Shown: in pieces, positions 49,310 to 64,000 of the stretch | Layout of the letters: each line of letters opens with the position of its first letter | Position numbering within the stretch: position 1 is the first letter of the stretch | From: Cyanophora paradoxa CCMP329 | Taxonomy: Eukaryota > Plantae > Glaucophyta | Assembly: GCA_004431415.1 (NCBI GenBank) | Contig: QPMI01000228.1 | Coordinates: 32,502 to 96,501, forward strand | DNA length: 64,000 nt | Direction: 5' to 3' | Program-made: the position numbers and the translations under genes | Notes under the pieces: model-generated | Database searches by the model: none | Told to the model about the DNA's origin: nothing | The model's input: only the letters and a program-made list of their open reading frames with translations

Positions 49310-52300
49310 ATGGCCGCTCCCAACCACCCGCCCGGGCCCGTCCCAGGCGTTCCGCAAGGACCAGGAGCCGGCATGCCGAATTCCTCAGCGATGCCTGCTG
49401 GGCACGTCTTGATACAGCGCCTCAACCACGCGAACGAGACGACCTGGGTCCAAATGGGTGCGTATCGCGCGGTTGGGTGCATGGCACGGCTGACAGGATG
49501 CAGGCATAATCGCGGAGAACATGGGAGACACAGACCGTGCTGTCATGTCGTTCGAGAATGCGCTTCGACACAATCCGTATTGTTATCGCGCGTTGGTCGG
49601 CATCGCGCAACTGTGCAAGAAGCGGGAGCAATACCCGCAGGTAGGGTTCACGATGAACGAACTCGAATCCATTCCGCTAACGAACTCATAGGCTGCTGAG
49701 TACTATCAACGTGTTCTCAACATCGACGCGAACGCCGGGGAGATCTGGGGCTCCCTCGGCTACTGCTATCTGATGATGGATGACCTCCAGAAGGCGTACA
49801 CTGCGTACCAGCAGTCCCTCTACCACCTTCCGAATCCGAAAGTGCGTCGCCCTAGCAGCAGGCGCTAGAACGGCCGTTTTAATGCGGACGCTTTTCCAGG
49901 ACCCCAATCTTTGGTATGGCATCGGGGTTCTTTATGACCGCTACGGGAGCTTCGAGCACGCGGAGGAAGCGTTCACCGCGGTGCTGAAGATGGACCAGAA
50001 TTTCGAGAAGAAGGACGAAGTGTATTTCCGCCTGGGCATCATCTACAAGCAGCAGATGAAATACGACCAGAGCCTCGAGGTTCGTAAGGGGCCCTAGAGT
50101 ATTTGTTTTTCTCCCTATCTCAACAATTCGACGCAGTGCTTCCGGGCGATTCTACAGACGCCACCCAAGCCTCTCGCTGACGCGGACATTTGGTTCCAGA
50201 TCGGTCACATCTATGAGCTGCAGAAGGAGGTTAGAAAGGCTCCTTTTCGCCTCTTTTTAATTCCGCTTAGCACGCCGTGCAGTTCGCGCTGGCGAAGGAC
50301 GCGTATGAGCGGGTGCTGAAGGACAACCCGAACCACGCGAAGGTCCTGCAGCAGCTCGGCTGGCTCTACCATCAGAGCACGAACTTCACTAACCAGGTCC
50401 GCTCTGCTGTGCGCCGCCGATCGCCCCGGCGGGCGCCGACCACCGCGCAGGACATGTCCATCAGCTACCTGATGCGCTCCATCGACGCTGGTTGGGCTGC
50501 CCCCGCACGCACTACCACGCGCCGCCTAACTCGCACGCGGGGCGCAGACCCGACGGATGCCCAGACGTGGTACCTCCTGGGCCGGTGCTACATGGCCCAG
50601 CAGAACTACCGCAAGGCCTACGATGCCTACCAGCAGGCAGTGTAAGCCTCCGCCGCGCCCCGCGCAACCGTCGCTGCGACCGTCCAGCTCAGGCGGGCCA
50701 CGCAGGTACCGGGACGGGCGCAACCCGACCTTCTGGTGCTCCATCGGCGTCCTGTACTACCAGATCAACCAGGCAAGCCGCCGGCGCGCCCGGCGGTGCC
50801 GGCCCGGTCGCTGACGGGCGGGGCGGCGGGTGCAGTACCGAGACGCGCTGGATGCGTACAGTCGGGCGATCCGCCTGAACCCATACCTCTCCGAGGTCTG
50901 GTACGACTTGGGCACGCTCTACGAGAGCTGCAGCCAGCTCGCGGACGCGCTCGACGCCTACCAGCGCGCCGCCGAGCTCGACCCCAACAACAAGGTGCCG
51001 TCCCCCGTGCCGGCCGCCTCGCCGGTCCCGCCGACCCCCGCGCAGCACATCCAGCAGCGCCTCGCCGTCCTGCGCACCGCCGGGCCCTCCAGCAATGTCC
51101 CCAGCCAGCAGCAGGCCGGTGGCCCGCCCGGCCCGCTCTCCGGCGTGCCCACGCCGCTCGGGCCGAGCGTGCACGGCGTCGCCCCCGCTGGTATGAGCCA
51201 GCCGCTCTCGCAGTTGCAGGGACTGGCCGCTGATCGCCCCGCCGCAGGCCCCCCGGGCTCCTCGCCGCTGGCCCCCATGCACGGCGGCCCGCTGCCGAGG
51301 CCCGGCGAGGGCGGTCCCCCAGAGGGCCCCATGGGCTACGCCATGGCCGGCCCTGGCCTCCCCAAGGCATGCCTCGCTATGCGTCACCGCAGAGACTGCT
51401 GCCACGGCTCACGGCCGCGCAGGGGCCGCTCCCCGGCATGGGCGCGCACTTCGCCCCCCCGGAGGCGATGATGCAGCAGGGCCGCGGGGGCAGGCACCAG
51501 GCCCCCCCCCCGCAGGGCCCCAACCGCTCCGTGCGCCCCGCCCCTGCCGCGGCGGCGACGCGGGGGAGCTGATGCCGGGGGCAGCCGTCGCCGGGGGTGG
51601 GGGCGGAGCGCCCGAAGAAGGGGGCGGGGAAGAGTAAGGTGAGCCGCTCGGAGAAGGCGGCTGCTGCGGCAGCGGCGGCGGCGCTCGCGTCGGGGCGGGG
51701 CGTCTCCCCGGGGGGCCCCATGGAGGGACCCCCCCCGCCCCTCTCGGCGGCCTCCTCGTCGGGGGCGCCCTCGGCCTCGGGGTACGGCTGGCACGGCAAG
51801 GGCGGCGACGCCGGGCACGCGGAGGGGCCGGCCCCCACCAAGTCGAAGCGGGCGCGGCGTGAGGAGGCCTCGGGCGCGCGCGGCTCGCGGGGCGGGGCGG
51901 AAGAGGAGGTCGAGAGCGGCCCCCTGCGCGAGCGGCGGAAGAAGGGGAGCGCCGAGCAGCGGGAGCGCCGCCGGGACAACGCGGCGGAGGCGGCGGCAAT
52001 GGAGGAGCGCAACCGCGCCACCGCCGCGGCGATGGCTGCGGCCGCCGCCGCCGCAGCGGCCGCCGACGGCGGCGACGGGCCGGGCGGGGCCCTGGCGGTG
52101 GTGGCCGCAGCGGCGGCGGCGGCCGCCGCATCGGCCGCGGCGAGCGGGCCGGAGGAACGGCACCCGATTCCGAAGAGGAAGCGATCCTCGTTCGTGCCGC
52201 CGCCCGAGCACGAGGCGAGCGAGCGGGGCGGCTGGCACCCGCCCCCGCATCCCCGCCTGACCGCCGGCGGGAGGCGCCGGCGCCGAGCGCGCCGGCGGGG

Positions 52301-52784
52301 GCCCGCCGGAGGCCGAGGAGGTGGTCGAGGCCGTCGGCAGCGTCGTCGGACCCCCGCCGGCGGCCCCGAGGCGGAGGCGCCGGCGCCGGCGGCCCCGCGG
52401 CGGCCCTGCCGAGCGCCCGCCGTCGCCGCGCGCCACGGCCTCCCCGGCCCCGCCGACGGGAGCTCGCCGGCAGAGGCGACCGGAGAGGCGGCCGCCTGGT
52501 CACGGCGGCCCAGGAGCCCCGCAGGCGAGGCGCCGGCCCCGGCCGCGGCGGCCCCGAAGAGCCCCGAGCGGCCTGCGGTGAGCGCCGAGGTGGAGGAGCC
52601 GGCGCGCGCGTCGCCGGTGCCGGAGGCGGCACGAGGGGAGGGCAGGGGTGCGGGGGATGAGGAGGGGAAGGCGGGGGGTGAGGAGAAGGCGGGGGCGGAG
52701 AAGGCGGCGGAGGCGGGCGGGGGGAACGCGAAGGACGACTCGGACGAGGAGGAGGCCCGCGGCATGCAGGTCGACGACGACTAG
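49310..52784 (+). CDS. CYC8: General transcriptional corepressor Cyc8/Ssn6-like TPR protein, multi-exon
   Basis: ANETTWVQMG, ENALRHNPY, WGSLGYCYLMMDDLQKAYTAYQQSLYHLPNPK, LWYGIGVLYDRYGS, YRDGRNPTFWCSIGVLYYQINQYRDALDAYSRAIRLNPY. Confidence 0.93.
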
Positions 52785-53240
52785 CCGCCAGGGCGCCTCA
52801 TCGGGCCCCATCGCCCCGCCCCCACACCCCACACACCGACCCAGTCTGTACAGTAGAATTAGGAAGTTTCCCAACGAAGCCCAAGAGAGCGCACGTGCAC
52901 GCCCTTCAGCCGTCGGCATTGCACTGGCCATGGTCGCATATCACACAGAAATGAACAAAAAAGCAAACGAACTAAATACCGGAAGCTAAATAAAAAGCCG
53001 GTCTCCACACTGCTTTATTGATAGAAGGAAATATGGTACAGTGGCGCTCGTCGGAGGGAAAACTGCTTCCTTTACAATTTGGGCCACGTCTAACGACTGT
53101 CGAGGGGGAGCTGAAGAAATCAGCTAGCAAGCGTACAAGCGAGCGAAATCAGATAGGTTTTTTAATGCGTCGCAGAGAGATAAAATAAAGGTTCAGTCGG
53201 GCTTGATCCGGAAACGGTCATGCAGAGAAGAAACGTCGCG

Positions 53241-54824
53241 TCATTCGCAGACGGTGGGGCGGGGCCGCGCGAAGTGCACGACGACTGTTGTAGCGTTATC
53301 CTGCGAGCCGCGCTCGTAGGCGGCCGCGATGATGCGCTTCGCGACGCCCGTCGGGTCCCGCGCCGCCGCCACGACGTGCTCGCACTCGTCCCCGGAGGCG
53401 CTTTCGCAGCTCGCGCAGTCGGCCCGCACGATGGCCGCCAGCTCCGCCGGGCCCAGCACGTCGCACACGCCGTCCGACGCCAGGATCAGCGTCCCCTCCA
53501 TCCCCGGCGGCACCTGCCGCGCCGTCAAGAGGTGCGCGCAGGCAGACCGTCGGGCTCGAGCGATGCGCACCTCGCACTCGACGATCTCCGGCTCGTTACT
53601 TACTTGCGGCTTGAAGGACAGGTCTCCCAGGGCGCGCGTGACCTGCGGGCGACCGGTAAGCGCCGTGTCTTCTCGGACGGGACGGCCGCGCAGTGCACCT
53701 GCAGCATGCCGTTGACCCGAAGCGCCCCGTCCGGGTCCTCGTGCACAAGCCCACCGCGCGACCGGATCTGGGGAGCGAATCAGACGGGAAAACGAAGAGG
53801 GGATCAGGAAGGCGGACCATTTCCCGCTCGGACTCGATGTCCGCGCGGTGTGCCGAGACGAGGCTGACACCGCGGATGGTCCGGCGGCTCGTCCGCGCGG
53901 ACCGGTTGTCCTCACCGCTGCAGGTGGAGGAAGCGGAGGAGACGGGGTTCGGGCAGGAGGCGCTGTTGGAAGGAGACTCCGAGCAGAGGGACTCGGAGGG
54001 AGAGAGGGGCCCGCGCGCGTTGAGCGCCCGGTTTGGGATGGGCACAGAGATCTCCGTCGAATTCAGCACCGGGCACGCATCTGCGCTGCCAGAGTCCGAC
54101 GAGGACGCGTCCTCGAGGCCCGCCATGTTCTCGGCCCCGAAGTCTTGGCCGAACGAGTCTGAAGTGAGGTCGCAAATCTCCTCCTCGGAGCGATCGCTCA
54201 CGAGGACGGCGCTGCGACGCGGAGAATACGGTATGGGAATGCGGCTTCGCAAAAGCGCTCACGGTGGCGCACCCGCAGTCCCCAACATGCGCGACGATGA
54301 TGCGGTCGGGCCCGACGAGCGCGACGAGCGCGGTGGTACCGTCAGACATGCCAAACTTCCTCGCCTGCAGGGGCTCAGCGTGGGCTCTCGGGGCAGCGCC
54401 ATAGGCGCGCGGCGCACCATGTCCAAGAACCCGTTGTCTGTCTCCTCGAACGCTTCTTTCAAGGCCTTGCGGAAGTCCGTCGGGTCCTCTTCCAGCTTTT
54501 GCTTAAGAAGCGCAGGAAGCTGGTCACGTGCGCTTAGTACCAGAGTTTGCCCGATTCGCCGCGCGGATCACCTGGCGTGCAGCATACTCCGCTGCTCGGC
54601 TGCCGCCGTGTCCGTCCATGACTGCAAAAAGATGCCACTCTCCCTTAATGACAGAGCTCGAAGATGACGGAATCCAGCTCTTGTGGATGGTGTGCTTGTC
54701 CTCCATCCTGAGTCGCGAGTGCAGCGTGGCGTGGGCAAGGGCGGCGCAAAGGGCCGGGCGCGCGGGGAATGGGGGACCTCGGGCGCGGCCCGACGCCATA
54801 GTGTGCGCCCGACGAGACGAGCAT
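53241..54824 (-). CDS. Protein phosphatase 2C (PPM family), multi-exon
   Basis: RMED, FAVMDGHGG, GTTA, AHVGDC, VTRALGD, LILASDG, GSQDN. Confidence 0.92.
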
Positions 54825-55189
54825 CTGAGCGGCCTGCGCAAGCGCGGCCAAGTCAGAAACAGTGCACGAGACGTCAACGAGGGCGGCGGCTTACCGGGAA
54901 GTCGCCTATGGCGTTCTCTCGTGCGCCGTGGCCTGGGCGACTCTCGTGGGCGGCTGACCGAGAAGAAGTTTCCCAACGACTGCGCCAACGGCGCTGCTAA
55001 AATCTGACGCTGAAGCTGCTGGCGGACTTCGAGACGCGGCGGAATGCCTAGAACGGGAAGAAAACCGAACTGGAGAGAGCCACGCCGCGCACACTGTACC
55101 CCCTTCCGGCTCGCTGGCTTGGCCTCAAGCCGTCCTCCGCTCGAAGCCGGGACTCGCGGAACGCAGCCCTTCCCTCCCTCCGAACGGCG

Positions 55190-60287
<5,098 letters not shown>

Positions 60288-61220
60288 CAGCGCTCCTCCC
60301 CCCGATGAATATTTTCAATCCGGAGTTAGCGAATTTCACGCTCGCGGAGCCCGCGCGAGAGCCAGTGAGACGCGCGCTCGGACCGGAGCGCGCCTCGTGA
60401 TCACATGTACAGCCGCTGCCGCGGCCGCGGAATCCGGAAGAGACGCGTTGGCCACCGCGCGCGCGCCGCCGCGATAAACTGGCCCTCGGCGGAGCTCGAT
60501 CCACGGCGGCCTGGAAGGCTACGGTAGCGCTTGTCGACGTCGACGTCACGGGCCTAGGTCTGCAGCTGGACCCGCGATCCGTCGACATTTTGCATACGTA
60601 TACGCGCGCGCGCCGCGGCCGGCGCCGCGGCGCGTTGCGCGAAGGCAATTTGTTGTCGCGCCGGCGTGTAAAGACTCGCTACACACGTTTTTTTTCTGGT
60701 AGGGTACAGCGCAGATATCGCTTAGGTTCCTGGCTGCCAGCTGCAGGCGGATAGAGGTGCGTCCTACGCGCGTCATCGGCGCTGTGGACGTCGTCGACGT
60801 CAGTCCCGAGTGGTGCGGCACGATTATGCAGCCGGGGCCGGGCGCGGCGAATTCCCCGAAGCGCTGCGGTGTGGGTGCTCCGGCGCAGAGCTTGAGTCCG
60901 CTGGCGAAACCCCTAATGCCAGACCGGTATGCAGCGCAAAAAGTATGCGCCAGCGCCGCGTAACCGCGTGGCAGGCCGCTGGCGGTTGAGGCCCTCCTCT
61001 CGCTGCCGCGCGCCTCGGGCAGATTCACTCAAGCTACTGGTGCAAAGCTCACCGTGGTGCAAGTAAACGCACGAGTTTACGCCCGCGCAGTTTTCGAGGA
61101 TTTGCCGTGCCTCGGCACCGGCGACCTGCCGTCCGATCTGGGAACAGGTCTGCGCAGCAGATCTGATTTGGTTTCACAAACTTATCCGCGCTCTGATCCT
61201 TGTCTGTGCCAACGCAGGAG

Positions 61221-63867
61221 ATGGCAATAGCAAAGCAAGCTCGCGCAGATCGTCGGCGCGGGGGGCGAGGATGTCTGTAGGCGAGTTCCTTGTTTTTCCT
61301 CCTTTCTGCCGGCTTGTAACGCTTGTTCTGTAGAATACTTTGCATTAGGATCGATTCCAGTGGCCCCGCGACTGAGCGCAGGCGAGTTCTTGGTTTTCCC
61401 TCCTTCGCCCCGCCTGCTGACGTCGCAGCAGAGCTCCAGTCGCTGCCGCCCGTCCTTTCTCTCAGCGATCTGAACAGCGCGCTGCAACAAGCGCGCGAGA
61501 ACTTCTTCCGGGAGCTGCAGTCGGGCGGAGGAAGCGGGCACGGCGAGTCTCCGGCGGGTCTTAGCGGACTTGGCGCCAGCCTCGGCGGGGCCGGCTTAGG
61601 GCAGGGTGGCCTGGGGTTTGCAGGCCTCGGACCCGATATCACGGCCGACGGCATCGGCGGGCAGATTCAGCCCATTCTGTGCGACCTTCCTCCCCGCTGG
61701 CCGCCCGGCGGACGCTGCGCGCCCTGCGCCGGGCGCCGGCTGACGGCGCGGCAGAGCGGTGTTCACGGAGGAACCCGACTCGGCGAGCGAGAGCCAGTCG
61801 GCGGCGTCGCCGGCCGAGGAAGCGCACCATGCGAGCCCCCAGCCGTGCCCCTACTGCCACTGCCACTCGAGGCCGAGCCGGTCGATCGCGACGCAGACCG
61901 AGGGCCCGACCATCTCGCGTGAGCGCCCGCCCTCTTTCCGTGCCTTTTCGGGCGCTGGCGTGAGGCGCTGGGCAGAGCAAATCGACATGACGGGCCCGCT
62001 GCTCACGGAGGGGCTCCAGCGGATGAGCATCACGAACCCCTCCTCCTCGCAGCACCAGCAGCAGGCGTCGTCGTCGCACGGGGAGGCGCACCAGGAGCAT
62101 GAGAAGGAGCTGCTCCCTGCTTCGCTGCAGGGCCTCTTCTCGCACATGCCGCTCCTCCCCGGGCCCTTCGGGGAGATGCACGGGGCGCCGGCGATGACCG
62201 TCACGGCCCCGGCGGCGCCCGTGCGGGCGATCGACCCCGCCGGGCGGTCGGCGACGCCGGTCTTCGCGGGGCAGCAGGCCCTCGCCCCGCCGGACGTCTC
62301 CCCGGGGGCGCGCCCGCGGCAGAACTCGCTGGCGCCGAGCTCCACGGGGGCCCCCTCCCCCGGGCCCTCCTCTACCGCCGACGACGAGGAGGAGCCCGAG
62401 AGCGTCGACGACCCCTCCGCCGAGCTCGGTCCGCCCGCCCCGCCCTGCCCCGCCGGCTACCCGCCGAGGCGCGCCGGCAGAGGGGCGGGCCCCCGCGGAC
62501 GAGGAGGGCGCGGGGGACGAGGGCGAGCGGAAGGGCAGCCCGAACCCGGGCGACCTCATCTCGCGCCCCCAGAACGCCTTCATCATCTTCAGCGCCGGTG
62601 CGCCGCTCCCCGCCCCGGGACCCCCGCCGGACGCCGGCCGCCCTCCGACCGCGTGCCTGCGGCAGAGCGGCGGAAGGACGTGCGGAAGCAGCACAAGGGG
62701 ATGCACAACGGGCAGCTCTCCGTCATCCTGGCCGAGGAGTGGTGCGCCCCGCTGTCCCGCGCCGCGCCGCGCCGCGCCGCCCCGCGCCGGGCGCGCTGCT
62801 CGCGGCGCCTCACCGGGGGCGCGGGGGCAGGCGGAAGATGTCGGCGGAAGAGAAGCGGCCGTACCAGGAGGAGGCGAGCCGCCGCCGCGCCGAGTTCAAG
62901 AAGCTCGTCGCCACCGTGCGCCCCGCCCCGCCCCGCCCCGCCCCGCCCCGCCCCGCCCCGCCCCGCCTCGCGTGACGGGGCGCGGGGCGGGGCGGGGGCG
63001 CAGAACCCGGACTGGAAGAGCCAGCTGCGGACGTCGGTGCACGGGGCGTCGCGCAAGTCGAAGGCGAAGCGGCTGATGAACCAGCACCACCCGTACGCCG
63101 CCTCGCCGGCCTCCCTCGAGGCCCTCCCCGCCGTCCCAACCGGCATGCGCCTCCTCCCCCTCTACGCCTTTCCCGACCCCGCCGGCTCCGGCCTCCCCTT
63201 CAGCCCCGCCGCCATGGGCGGCCTCCCCGTCCCCGGCTCTTCCCACGGGCCCTCGCACGGCGCTCACGGCCCCTCCCTCGGCGCCCACCACCACCAGCAG
63301 CAGCAGCAGCACCAGCACCAGCAGCACCAGCACCAGCAGCACCAGCACCAGCAGCACCAGCACCAGCAGCACCAGCAGCAGGCGCGCCGCTACTACTCCA
63401 TACTGGTGGACAGCAGCGCGGCGGCGCGGCACGGGCAGCACGGCGGGGACGGCTCGGGCGGCCCGGTGGACGCCAAGCCGATCGACCTGCCGCCGGGCTA
63501 CGTGCAGATGTCCCTCCGCCTCCAGCAGGCCGCCGCCGAGCAGGCCGCCCACGGCGACGGCGGCTCGGAGCACGCGCCGCTGACCGTCGCCGATGTCGCC
63601 GGCTGGAGCACGGGCGGCGGGGGCGGCTCGGCGGGGGTGGGGGCGGACGGGGAGCTGCATGCGGGGCCGCTGGACCCGCTGAACGCCGTCCAGTCGATCG
63701 AGCAGCTCGCGCACAGCGCCGCGAGCCTCCACGCCCGCGCCCTCGCCCAGCGCTTCGCCCCCGGCGCCCTCTACGGCCAGACGCCGGGCCTCCCGCCCTA
63801 CAACCTGCACTCCCACGGGCAGCACCACTACAACCCCAACTCGTACGCAAGCTACACAAGCTCCTAG
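61221..63867 (+). CDS. Sequence-specific HMG-box transcription factor (SOX/MATA-HMG-like); start uncertain
   Basis: ISRPQNAFIIFSAERRKDV..MHNGQLSVILAEEWRKMSAEEKRPYQEEA..NPDWK across short introns; Gln/His tract downstream. Confidence 0.88.
63286..63381 (+). repeat. CAG/CAC trinucleotide tract encoding poly-Q/H
   Basis: HHHQQQQQHQHQQHQHQQHQHQQHQHQQHQQQ. Confidence 0.9.
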
Positions 63868-64000
63868 ACGTGCTTTCGGGCCCCGGCCCACGCTTCCCGC
63901 GAGTCTTTCACCCGAGCCATGTACACACGAATCTTTGCGCGCTTTCTCGCTCTTTGCTTCTGTATTCCATGTCGTAGTCAGTAACTTGAGGCCAGATTAA

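Overview
GC-rich, gene-dense eukaryotic nuclear DNA. Genes are split by many very short (about 45-80 nt) introns, often with GC-AG ends, so the long ORFs in the track are mostly GC-content shadows. The gene set (GARP Myb factor, Ssn6/Cyc8, class I PDE, bacterial-type LD-carboxypeptidase) and intron style suggest an alga or protist, possibly a glaucophyte such as Cyanophora; this is inference only. Recognisable genes: UvrD/PcrA-type helicase, a probably inactive GH2-like protein, two head-to-head paralogous secreted repeat proteins, S66 LD-carboxypeptidase, SMC5, GARP TF, membrane-anchored PDE, ACD11/CPTP-type GLTP, Cyc8/Ssn6, PP2C, Prp2/DHX16 and an HMG-box TF. Three regions stand out. (1) A single gene at 35.6-41.4 kb appears to fuse SPX + MFS-like membrane region + atypical thymidylate-kinase-like P-loop domain + DUF2252 kinase-like domain, a candidate inositol-pyrophosphate-regulated phosphate/polyphosphate machine. 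(2) A 5-kb island at 9.3-14.4 kb has intronless cassettes (two HEPN-like paralogs, a retropepsin-like protease, a myristoylated membrane protein) interleaved with a structured double-hairpin/B-box repeat, resembling a cassette array. (3) A 3.9-kb insertion with 1.05-kb direct repeats is flanked by an 872-bp duplication of a bidirectional promoter. Gene spans below include introns, and exon boundaries were read by eye.
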